NCBI GenBank assembly: GCA_965197715.1
Contig: OZ240224.1
Span: forward strand, 878,695-910,694
Direction of reading: 5' to 3'
DNA length: 32,000 bases
DNA from: Dehalococcoidia bacterium
Lineage (GTDB): Bacteria; Chloroflexota; Dehalococcoidia; Lucifugimonadales; UBA1127
Each line of letters begins with the position of its first letter. Within the stretch, counting starts at the first letter, position 1. A program made the position numbers and the translations under genes. This document shows, piece by piece, positions 8,019 to 16,306 of this stretch. The notes under the pieces are model-generated. The model had not been told where the DNA came from. It made no database searches and saw nothing but the letters and a program-made list of their open reading frames with translations.

Positions 8019-8954
8019 ATGAGGGTCCTCATAGCCGGAAGCTCGGGATTCGTGGGCCGGTACACCGTGCAGGCCCTGGCCCAAATGGGGGAGGAGCCGG
8101 TGGCCTTTGACGTCCAGCGCCCGCCGGAGGGGTGGCTGCCTGATGGCGTGCCCTTCGTTCAAGGGTCTATGGCCAACCTGGAAGACGTCGTGTCCGTCAT
8201 GGTCGACCAGAAGGTGCAGCGCGTCGTCGTCCTGGGCTACATCATGGCGGCGCTCACGGCGCCCCAGTACCGGGACTACATTGGCGCGGTCAAGACCAAC
8301 GTGCTCGGTGTCACCAACGTGTTCGAGGCCGCGCGGCTGACGGGCGTGGACCGGGTGGTGTTCGCCAGCTCCGCCGGCGTCTACGGGCCGCAGAGCACCT
8401 ACGGGGAGCGGCCGGTCACCGAGGACGACCCCGTGGCGCCCGCCGGCCTCTACGGCACGATGAAGTACGCCAATGAGGCCCTGGCCCAGCAGTACTCGCG
8501 CGTCTACGACCTGCAGGTCGTCCGCGTGCGCCCTCCCGGGATTCTTGGAGCCGGCAACACCATGTGGCCTTCGCGTGTGATCACGCCGCCGGCCCTGGGC
8601 AGGGCGGCCATGGTCAACTTTCCCTCCCAGCGCCATCAGAACGCCATACCCGTCGAGGACCTGGCGGCGCTCTACTCGCGTCTGGCTCTGGCCCCGTCGC
8701 TGCGGCATGACCTCTACTTGGCCCCCGGCCATGCCTTCGTGAGCGCGGAGGTGGCGGCGATCATCCGCTCCTTTATCCCCGATGCTCAGATCGAGTTCAA
8801 CGACTCCGTCACCCCTCTGGAGGGCGGCTTCCCCTACCTCTACGACGACAGCCGCCTGAACGAGGAGTTCGATGTGAAGCTGCGTCCATTGGAGGCGGCC
8901 GTGCGCTCCCACATCGACCACGAGCGGGCTGCCGCCGGGCTCGAACCCCTGTAG
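8019..8954 (+). CDS. NAD-dependent epimerase/dehydratase (extended SDR)
   Basis: MRVLIAGSSGFVGRY glycine-rich motif and the YGTMK (YxxxK) active site. 311 aa. Confidence 0.85.
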   Translation: MRVLIAGSSGFVGRYTVQALAQMGEEPVAFDVQRPPEGWLPDGVPFVQGSMANLEDVVSVMVDQKVQRVVVLGYIMAALTAPQYRDYIGAVKTNVLGVTNVFEAARLTGVDRVVFASSAGVYGPQSTYGERPVTEDDPVAPAGLYGTMKYANEALAQQYSRVYDLQVVRVRPPGILGAGNTMWPSRVITPPALGRAAMVNFPSQRHQNAIPVEDLAALYSRLALAPSLRHDLYLAPGHAFVSAEVAAIIRSFIPDAQIEFNDSVTPLEGGFPYLYDDSRLNEEFDVKLRPLEAAVRSHIDHERAAAGLEPL

Positions 8955-9025
8955 CTGCGGGGCGCCGGCCCGCGCACCGGTCATCCCTCGCCGAAAGTCT
9001 GTTCACGCGCCAGGAGGAGGGTCCG

Positions 9026-9430
9026 ATGAGTCTGACCTTGGACCAAGCGTTGACCGCGTTGGAAGCGGCCCGGGCAAAAGCCCTCTCCCATGGTATGCGG
9101 GCCTCCTTTGTCGTCCTTGGCCAGGGGGGAGATGTCGTGGCGATGCACAAGATGGACGGAGCGCGCCTGACGGCGATGGAGTTTGCTCAGAAGAAGGCGT
9201 TCACCGCGCTGAACTTCGCCCGGCCCACCCATGAGACCGTCGATCGGTTCCAGCCCATCGAGATGCAGATCCTCCTAACCTTGGCGGACCCTCGCCTGAT
9301 GTTCTACAAGGGCGGCGTGCCCGTCATGGCCGGCGGGCAGGTCATAGGCGCCATCGGTTGCAGCGGAGGAAGCGGCGATCAGGACTTCGACTGCAGCGAG
9401 GCCGGCGCGCAGGCGGCCGCCGGAGGGTAA
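9026..9430 (+). CDS. GlcG/HbpS-like (DUF336) heme-binding family protein
   Basis: 134 aa. AGGAGGAGGG RBS. AQKKAFTALNF and GGVPV...GAIGCSGGSGDQD are typical of the family. Confidence 0.8.
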   Translation: MSLTLDQALTALEAARAKALSHGMRASFVVLGQGGDVVAMHKMDGARLTAMEFAQKKAFTALNFARPTHETVDRFQPIEMQILLTLADPRLMFYKGGVPVMAGGQVIGAIGCSGGSGDQDFDCSEAGAQAAAGG

Positions 9431-9484
9431 GGTGCTCTCCCCTGCGGCAGGCCGGATTCCCGAGTGCCAGTGGCTGGCTGGCCT

Positions 9485-9500
9485 GGACCCCGTCGGGTCC
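9485..9500. terminator. GC hairpin at the convergence point of the two operons (GGACCC-CGTC-GGGTCC)
   Basis: Perfect 6-bp stem lying between the stop of 9026..9430 and the stop of 9506..10441. There is no U-tract, so it is not a canonical intrinsic terminator. Confidence 0.3.
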
Positions 9501-9505
9501 GGGAC

Positions 9506-10441
9506 CTACGATCCAGGCGCCCCCAGCTCCCGAACGAAGTCGGCGATCCCCTCGTCGATGGTGAACTGGGGCTGGTAGCCGAGCTCCGCGCGGGCCAGGG
9601 ATATGTCCAGGGGCTGCCCCGTAGCGGGCGCCCCGCTCCCGGGCTGGACAGCCGCCGCGTCGGCACCGGGCACAGCCGCGCGTATGGCGGCGGCGATGTC
9701 GGCGGCGGTCGTGAGCAGTCCCGATCCGATGTTGAAGACGCGGCTCACAAGCGGCGCCTCCGCCGCGAGCGCAACGCCCTGCACGACGTCCTTCACATAC
9801 ACACAGTCCCGCGCCCTGAAGACCGCCGGATCGACGCGCGCCGGATGTCCCTGGAGCGCCGAGGCCAGGATGTCGTGAAGCACCTCCCCGGCGGGGTCGC
9901 CGCCGGCGTAGTGGCCGCGGCCGTAGATCTGGGCAAAGCGCAGTACCGCGAGCTCGAACCCGTAGTGGACGGCAAGGGCGCTCAGGATGCGCTCGCACGC
10001 GACCTTGCTGGCCGTGTACAGCTGGTCCCCGCCCACGGCGAAGTCCTCCCGTATGGGGACGCTCGGTGGCGGCTCTCGCAGGTACACCGCCTGCGTGCCG
10101 GCGAAGATCAAGCGCCGTGCTCCGCTGGTCCTGACCGCCTCCGCAACGGCGGTGGTGCCGCCAACGTTGATGTCGAGGGTCGTGTAGGGGCGGGCGGCCG
10201 CTCTGGCGCCGATGAGGAAGGCGGAGTGAAACACGACCTCGATGCTGTTCGCCCGCATGGTCTCGATCAACGCGGGCAGGTCGCGGACGTCCCCGGCCGC
10301 GACCGCGGCGTCCGGCGCGACGCTCCCGATGTACGCCCGGTTGGGCGCCACGTCGTAGAGGACGACCCGGTGGCCCTTGCTCACGGCGTCGCGGGCGAAG
10401 TAGCACCCGACCAGGCCCGCGCCGATGACGAGGATGTTCAT
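9506..10441 (-). CDS. NAD-dependent epimerase/dehydratase (extended SDR)
   Basis: MNILVIGAGLVGCYF N-terminus and the YTASK (YxxxK) motif. 311 aa. The RBS is weak. Confidence 0.8.
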   Translation of the reverse strand: MNILVIGAGLVGCYFARDAVSKGHRVVLYDVAPNRAYIGSVAPDAAVAAGDVRDLPALIETMRANSIEVVFHSAFLIGARAAARPYTTLDINVGGTTAVAEAVRTSGARRLIFAGTQAVYLREPPPSVPIREDFAVGGDQLYTASKVACERILSALAVHYGFELAVLRFAQIYGRGHYAGGDPAGEVLHDILASALQGHPARVDPAVFRARDCVYVKDVVQGVALAAEAPLVSRVFNIGSGLLTTAADIAAAIRAAVPGADAAAVQPGSGAPATGQPLDISLARAELGYQPQFTIDEGIADFVRELGAPGS

Positions 10442-10563
10442 ACCTGGATGCCCTTGAGGAGAATCACGGCGTGTTCACGCTCACAGTCCCGCCAACGCGC
10501 AGGTGGCCTCCCGGCCTTGACGGCGTGTGACGCGCCCAGCGCAACCGCCGCCAGATTCGGAGG

Positions 10564-12315
10564 TTACTTGTCCAGCCATACCGTGGCGAAGTCGAGGAGG
10601 CTCTGCGTGTTCTCTGCCGGGACCGGTAGTCCCTTCACGTACGTCCGGTAGGGAGTCAGGCTGACCCTTGACGAGATAGGGGCGAGGTACACGTGCTCCA
10701 GTATCATGTAGTCCTCGAGCTCCCGCCAGATCCGAACGCGCTCCTCGAAGCTGGTCGATCCCTTGATCCGATCCATGAACTCCGGGACCCTGGGGTCCTC
10801 GTGCTTTACGACTGCGCCCGGGCTGATGCTATACCTGGTCAGCGCCGACTCCTGACCCTCTGGAATGCGGCTCGGGTAGGCGGGGGCTTGAAAGAGGTCG
10901 TCGCTCGTAGCAAGGTTGGCCGCACTCCAGGCAGCGGGGTCAAGGATTCTGAAGTCGAGGTCGATGCCCAGGTCCTTCAGCTGTGCCTGGAAGAACTGGC
11001 AGCGGTCCGAGTATGAAGATTGGCATGGCGTGGTCAGTCTCACTCCACCTGCATACCCCGCCTCGGCGAGCAGCCGCTTGGCTTCGGCGCGGTCCCGCTC
11101 CCTCGTGTTTGGATCGAAACCCGGCCAGGTCTTGTACTCCGGGCTAGTGTACGGGTTGTCGGGGCTGAAGATAGTGGCTACGTAGCCCAAGCTCCCCTGG
11201 TAGGCGTCAATCGAGGCCTGCCGGTCTACCCAAAGCGATATCGCCCTACGCACGCGAACATCCTGGATGGGGCCTTCCTTCAGGAGATTGAAGTTCAGAC
11301 CCAAGGATAGGCCCCCGCCCCCCTTGATCTCGGCGAACCAAATCTCATCGCCCAGATCTCGCTCGTACGCAGTCTTCCGCTCCTGCGACAGGACGAAGCC
11401 CCCCACACGGGCGCCGCCGTCCAGCCTCCCCGCTCTGATGGCGGCGTCCATGGCCTGGGCGTCGGCCATCACGGCGAAGTCGATGCCGTCCACGTAGGGA
11501 AGCGTACGCCCGTCGTCGTCGCGCTCCCAGTAGCCGTCGAACCTGCGTTCCTGGACGCGGCTGCCCTTCTCATAGAGCAGCATCTTGAAGGGCCCCGTCC
11601 CCACCCAGCCGACGTCCTGGGGTGTCACGTCCACGAGCCCCTCTTGGATCTTCGGTTGGGCCAGGTGTCTCGGAATGGCGAAGTTCCAGAACGGGCTGGA
11701 GATCAGGTTCAGGTACACGGGTGACGGCTCGCTCAGGGTGATCCTCAGTTGGCCGGCCGGCAAGGCGTCAACCTGCTGGATGTCTCCAAACTCTTTCCTC
11801 CACCACGCCGGCAGGCGCTGCTTCTCTCCGACCTTGACTCCGAACGATATCAGCTCCAGCCAGAACTTGACGTCCTCCGCGGTGAAGGGCGTGCCGTCAT
11901 GCCATGAGACGCCATCCCGTATTTTGAACGTCCACTGCGTAAAGTCCTGGTTGTGCTCCCAGCTCTCCGCGAGGCCGGGGCAGATCTCGTAGATGTCCTC
12001 TCGGCACTCCCGTACCAGGTTCCCGTACCCCCACAATGGCGCTCCAGCGGTGTTCAGGTCGTACCGCTGGGTGACCCTCGTGATGTCCCAAGCGCCTGGC
12101 GGGTCGCGGCGCAGGGGCAGCGTGAGTATGCCTCCCAGCTTCGGACCTTCGGGCATTGCAACTGGGGCCGCCGGCTCGGGCGTCGGCTGCTGTGCGGGCG
12201 CAGGCTGCGTTGGGGCCTGAGGTTCAGCCGCCGGTGTGCCGCCCGAGCAAGCCAGCACCGCAAGAAGGGCTGCCAACCAGGCAGCAACCAGGGCCGTCTT
12301 CCCTCGCGTCAACAT
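10564..12315 (-). CDS. Family-5 ABC solute-binding lipoprotein, orphan (paralog of 4653..6515)
   Basis: The start is moved to ATG 12315, preceded by GGGAGGTGG. Signal peptide with LLAVLAC lipobox, a Pro/Ala/Gln-rich linker, and PGLAESWEHNQDFTQWTFKIRDGVSWHDG. Both paralogs end in WLDK. Confidence 0.9.
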   Translation of the reverse strand: MLTRGKTALVAAWLAALLAVLACSGGTPAAEPQAPTQPAPAQQPTPEPAAPVAMPEGPKLGGILTLPLRRDPPGAWDITRVTQRYDLNTAGAPLWGYGNLVRECREDIYEICPGLAESWEHNQDFTQWTFKIRDGVSWHDGTPFTAEDVKFWLELISFGVKVGEKQRLPAWWRKEFGDIQQVDALPAGQLRITLSEPSPVYLNLISSPFWNFAIPRHLAQPKIQEGLVDVTPQDVGWVGTGPFKMLLYEKGSRVQERRFDGYWERDDDGRTLPYVDGIDFAVMADAQAMDAAIRAGRLDGGARVGGFVLSQERKTAYERDLGDEIWFAEIKGGGGLSLGLNFNLLKEGPIQDVRVRRAISLWVDRQASIDAYQGSLGYVATIFSPDNPYTSPEYKTWPGFDPNTRERDRAEAKRLLAEAGYAGGVRLTTPCQSSYSDRCQFFQAQLKDLGIDLDFRILDPAAWSAANLATSDDLFQAPAYPSRIPEGQESALTRYSISPGAVVKHEDPRVPEFMDRIKGSTSFEERVRIWRELEDYMILEHVYLAPISSRVSLTPYRTYVKGLPVPAENTQSLLDFATVWLDK

Positions 12316-12464
12316 CAATCCACCTCCCGATCCCTTGCATTCCAGGTTGACAGTGCCTACCCAACACAATCGCGAATTGAGTTAGCCGGGGCGCCTGCCG
12401 ACTTGCCGCCTGGTCTCGAATGCGAAGCCAATGCGCCGAACGACGGAAGCTGCTCGCCGTCCGC

Positions 12465-13439
12465 CTATGGCACGGCGCCGGACCGCACCCGGTCGACGTA
12501 CTCGTCGAGCATCGTCTCCAGCGTGTACTGCGGCGCGAACCCGAGCTCCGTGCGCAGCCGCTCGGTGCTCGTGAGCGGCATGGCGACGGCGGGTTCCGCG
12601 CTCATCGTAATCTGGGCATTGGGGAACAGGTCCCGCATCTTGCTCGTAAAGTCGCCCACGGGCCGCCGCTCGGCAGCCACGTTGAAGACGCGGTGCGGCG
12701 GGTCCTCCACCGCCAGCGCGCAGCAGAAGGCCTCGGCCAGGTCCGCGCTGTACAGCCAGTCCACAACCTGCTCGTTCGGCGGCATCTGAACGGGCCGATC
12801 GTTCATCAATGCCCCCGTCACCGCCACGAGGCCGCCGGCGGTGAGGTCGGCCACCAGCATCATCCCCTGACCGTGGGAACGCAGCCGGCTCAGCGACCTC
12901 CCGATGCCGAATACCGCCGTCGGTCTGAGGCCGATGGGATCGAGGCCGTGCCGCCGGTGGTAGAAGTCTGCCACCGTCTCGTTCAGGAGCTTGCAGGCGC
13001 CGTAGAGAGACGCCCCCGCGGGCAGCATGTCCTCGTTGATCTCATCGTCTATGAGGTTCTTGCGGACCGAGTAAACGCCAATGGAGCTGGCGTAGGTGAT
13101 ACGCTTCACGCCATGGACGCGGGATGCTTCGAAGACGTTGGTCGTCCCGACACCGTTGAGCTGAATGGAGCGCGGCGGATTGGCGTCCACCGCGGGCCCC
13201 TGAAGCGCCGCGAGGTGGACCACCTTCTCCACGCCGTTCTTGCGCATGGCCTCCAGCAGCTCCAGGGGCTGCAGCACGTCGCCCTGCACGACGACCACGC
13301 TGTCTGCGATATCCTTCACAAGACTGTCGTCCGCCAGCGAGTCGAAGAGCACCACCCCGCTCTCGCCCTTCTTCTGGACCAGGTGGCGCGCGATTGCCGC
13401 CCCCAGGAATCCGGTCCCGCCCGTGATCATAATCGCCAT
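12465..13439 (-). CDS. NAD-dependent epimerase/dehydratase (extended SDR)
   Basis: MAIMITGGTGFLGAAIARHL N-terminus, YGACK (YxxxK) motif, GGAGGTTGG RBS. Confidence 0.85.
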   Translation of the reverse strand: MAIMITGGTGFLGAAIARHLVQKKGESGVVLFDSLADDSLVKDIADSVVVVQGDVLQPLELLEAMRKNGVEKVVHLAALQGPAVDANPPRSIQLNGVGTTNVFEASRVHGVKRITYASSIGVYSVRKNLIDDEINEDMLPAGASLYGACKLLNETVADFYHRRHGLDPIGLRPTAVFGIGRSLSRLRSHGQGMMLVADLTAGGLVAVTGALMNDRPVQMPPNEQVVDWLYSADLAEAFCCALAVEDPPHRVFNVAAERRPVGDFTSKMRDLFPNAQITMSAEPAVAMPLTSTERLRTELGFAPQYTLETMLDEYVDRVRSGAVP

Positions 13440-13540
13440 GAGTCCAACCTCCGATAGTGTGCGTCAGGCAGAATGGGTCCCAACGCGGCCCTCGGCGCCG
13501 CCGGTGAGCGGCGGGTGCCGTGAGCGCGTCAACGCCGTGC

Positions 13541-14587
13541 TCACAGGGCGTAGAGGGCGCGGGCGTTGTCGTCGAGGATCTTGTCGACGACGCGGGAGTC
13601 GACGGGGTTGGTCTTGCGCAGGGTGGAGAGGGCCTCGAGCTCTGCGGTGGTGTCGGCGTGGCCGTAGTCGGTGCCCATGACGAGGTTGTCCTCGCCGGCG
13701 TACTGGACGACGTAGGGGATGTCGTCGTCGGTCTGGCAGGCGACGAAGAGGCGGTTGTCGCGGAGGATGTCGCCGGTGACGCGGCCCTGGAGGTGGCGGC
13801 CCTGGCGGTGGGCGGTGCGGCGGACGATGTCATGCAGGACGTGGGGGACCCACTGGGCGCTGGCCTCCACGAAGCCGAAGCGGAGCTTGGGGAAGCGGGT
13901 GGGGACCTCGTGGAGGAGGAGGGTGTGGAAGGAGCTCATGACGGGGAGCTTGGAGACGAGGAAGCCGCCGCCGTCGGAGCCGAAGCCGAGGAAGTTGGCG
14001 ACGGCGGGGTTGGCGCTGCCGGCGTGGATGGCGATGGCGAGGTCGAGGCTGGACGCGACGTCATAGAGGGGGAAGAAGTAGGGGTCGGAGAGCTGACGGT
14101 CGCCCTCGAAGCCGCGCATGAAGATGCCGCAGGCGCCGTTCTCCTTGGCGAACTCCAGTTCGGCGGGGGCCTTGGAGAGGTCCATGAGGGGCGGGATGGC
14201 GACCCAGCGGAGGCGGTCGTGGCCCTGCTTCCAGATGTCGGCCATCCAGCGGTTGTAGCTCTTGCCAAGGGCGAAGTCGGCGGCAGGGTCGTCGGCGATC
14301 TTGCGGGTGTAGATGGTGGGGAAGAGGACCTGGATGTCGACGCCTAACTCGTCCATGTGGGCGAGGCGCGCGCTGACGTCGAGCATCTCGCGGGTGACCT
14401 CGGTGGTGTCGCCGCCGATGTTGGTGCAGCGTTGCTTGAGCTTGCCGTCGATGGCCCAGAAGAGGCGGTTGCCGTCCCCGTCCCTGGGGGCGAGGGTAAC
14501 AGGCTTGTAGCGGGCCTCGGACTCGTCCATGTAGTCCCAGGTCTGGTCGGTCTCGATGACGTGGGCATCGGAGTCGATGGTGGCCAT
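13541..14587 (-). CDS. Amidohydrolase-2 family protein
   Basis: MATIDSDAHVIETDQTWDY at the N-terminus and MGTDYGHAD at the C-terminus. GGGAGGAA RBS. 348 aa. Confidence 0.85.
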   Translation of the reverse strand: MATIDSDAHVIETDQTWDYMDESEARYKPVTLAPRDGDGNRLFWAIDGKLKQRCTNIGGDTTEVTREMLDVSARLAHMDELGVDIQVLFPTIYTRKIADDPAADFALGKSYNRWMADIWKQGHDRLRWVAIPPLMDLSKAPAELEFAKENGACGIFMRGFEGDRQLSDPYFFPLYDVASSLDLAIAIHAGSANPAVANFLGFGSDGGGFLVSKLPVMSSFHTLLLHEVPTRFPKLRFGFVEASAQWVPHVLHDIVRRTAHRQGRHLQGRVTGDILRDNRLFVACQTDDDIPYVVQYAGEDNLVMGTDYGHADTTAELEALSTLRKTNPVDSRVVDKILDDNARALYAL

Positions 14588-14751
14588 GGGTGTTCCTCCC
14601 GCTTCATCCGGTTCTCTGCAGATAGGCCTTCCCAGGCCTGCGTCGCACCCAGAAGGGCTCAGCGAGCCCCCGAAACTGACCCGTGCCGGCTGCCAGGCGC
14701 CCAGAACAGCGCTGCGCCGGCAGCCCTGGTGAGATGCTTTGTCGCTGTCGC

Positions 14752-15894
14752 CTAGGCCGGCGCCGCCTCGACTATGCCGTACATCGCGGCGCAGTTGTCC
14801 CAGAGGATCTTGCGCTTGTCATCGTCGGTGATGGGCAGGTCCAGGAAGCGCTCCACCGCCACGGGGTACTTGGAGTCCCCGTGGGGGTAGTCCGTGGAGA
14901 AGACCAGGTTCTCGTTGCCCATGTCCTGGATCACGTACTTCACCGGCTCCTCGTCCCCCTCCACCGACGCGTACCCCTGCCGCTTGAAGTACTCGCTGGG
15001 CGCCATGCTCACCTCCGGCGCCCACACGTCCCCGCTCTGCTCCCAGTGCTCGTCCAGCCGCCACAGCAGGAAGGGCAGCCAGCTGCAGTTCCCCTCCAGG
15101 AACGCCACCCGCAGCCCCGGATGCCGCGCGAAGACGCCCCCCGCCGCGAAGGCCGCCACCGCCTGCATCTGCTCCACCGGGTGGCAGAAGGTGTGGCGCA
15201 GCATGAAGTTCCCCCCAAAGATGGACCCCACCTGGGGCAGCGCGGTGAAGATGGCCTCGTGGAACCCCAGCGGCACCCCCAACTCCTCCAGCGTCGACCA
15301 CAGGGGCTCGTAGTAGGCGTCGTACCAGTTGCGCCCCCCAACGATGTTGGGGCGCAGGAAGATCGCCCGAAACCCCAGCTCCTCCACCGCGCGCCGGCTC
15401 TCCGCCACCGCGTCCTCGATGTCGAACACCGACACCATCCCCGCACCCAGCAGCCGCCCCGGGTCCGCCTGGCAGAAGTCGTAGAGCCAGTTGTTGTACG
15501 CCCGCGCCACCGCCGCCGCCAGCGGCGGCTCCATCTCCGGCTCTCCCAGCGCGTGCAGCCCCCGGCTGGGGTAGATCACCCCCACGTCTATCCCCTCCGT
15601 GTCCATCGCCTCCAACTGCACCTGGTTGCTGTACCCCCGCCGGAAGTGTTCCCCAAAGCGCTCCTCGTTCACCGCCGCGCTCCGCCCCTGCGGCCGACCC
15701 GTGGGCTGCGCCCGGATGGGGTCGCGCCCCCACATCCGGCCGTCGGGGTGCAGCAGGTTCAGGTCCGAGGCGCTGGCCGCCGTCCCCCGCGGCGCCGCGG
15801 CCTGGAACGGCCCATCGATGTAGCGCTCCCACAGGTCCACCGGCTCCATGATGTGCAGGTCGCTGTCGATCACCTTGAACCCATTCTTCGCCAT
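14752..15894 (-). CDS. Amidohydrolase-2 family protein (copy A', duplicate of 1932..3074)
   Basis: The start is moved to the ATG at 15894, which has the same RBS and context as copy A. 380 aa. It has 6 substitutions in residues 1-369 and an unrelated 11-aa tail (AMYGIVEAAPA versus DLYGAAVPALG). Confidence 0.9.
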   Translation of the reverse strand: MAKNGFKVIDSDLHIMEPVDLWERYIDGPFQAAAPRGTAASASDLNLLHPDGRMWGRDPIRAQPTGRPQGRSAAVNEERFGEHFRRGYSNQVQLEAMDTEGIDVGVIYPSRGLHALGEPEMEPPLAAAVARAYNNWLYDFCQADPGRLLGAGMVSVFDIEDAVAESRRAVEELGFRAIFLRPNIVGGRNWYDAYYEPLWSTLEELGVPLGFHEAIFTALPQVGSIFGGNFMLRHTFCHPVEQMQAVAAFAAGGVFARHPGLRVAFLEGNCSWLPFLLWRLDEHWEQSGDVWAPEVSMAPSEYFKRQGYASVEGDEEPVKYVIQDMGNENLVFSTDYPHGDSKYPVAVERFLDLPITDDDKRKILWDNCAAMYGIVEAAPA

Positions 15895-16154
15895 GCCCGT
15901 CCTCCCGTGCGGACCCCGGGGCGCCCCAAAGCGTCCGCGCTGCCCGGAACCGCCTGTACAAAGCTGCGTATTCCAGCCTTTCGACGCCGACGCCAAAGGC
16001 TGTAACGCATTTGGTACACTAGGGGCGAAATCTTGTCAAATCGAAACCGTCGCATTCCTGGCACCTCCGTGTTGGCGCCTCACTACCAGCCGCCATACCC
16101 GGCCCGGTCCCAGCTTCGCTCCCCCGGTCGATGCGTGAGTGAGCAAGACGGTGG
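14789..16154. repeat. Right arm of the 1366-bp inverted repeat
   Basis: See the left arm. The outer end keeps the first four codons (GTG AGC AAG ACG) of the transposase ORF seen on the left, then diverges. Confidence 0.9.
16011..16039 (-). promoter_or_regulatory. Duplicate of the TTGACA-17-TACCAA candidate promoter
   Basis: On the plus strand, tgtcaa lies at 16034..16039 and ttggta at 16011..16016. This is an exact mirror of 1787..1815. Confidence 0.4.
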
Positions 16155-16269
16155 GTTTCTTCCCGGCTACGCGGCATATCACCCGCCTCGCAAGGCGAGG
16201 GTCTGCTGCGCTGAAGCGGGTTTCCGCCGTGCAGGGTCGAAGCGTGGCGCTCTCGGGCGCGGATGGGGT

Positions 16270-16275
16270 TATAAT
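16270..16275 (+). promoter_or_regulatory. Consensus -10 hexamer TATAAT upstream of the alpha/beta-fold gene
   Basis: Perfect TATAAT 31 nt upstream of ATG 16307. No recognisable -35 element. Confidence 0.25.
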
Positions 16276-16306
16276 CCTTCGAGGTTTCCCAGAGGGGGCG
16301 TGAACT

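Noticed and set aside
1672-16154. Inverted repeat as an assembly or MDA chimera artefact
   Set aside because: Artefactual palindromes are normally identical and fold back at a single point. Here the arms differ at scattered positions, both have unique flanks, and the 11.75-kb interior is not self-complementary. Read-level confirmation is still needed.
16139-16303. ~54-codon ORF starting with the same GTG AGC AAG ACG as the transposase, at the outer edge of the right arm
   Set aside because: Only the first four codons are shared. The rest (VGFFPATRHITRLARRGS...) has no transposase similarity, so it is probably just the continuation of the repeat boundary into non-coding DNA.
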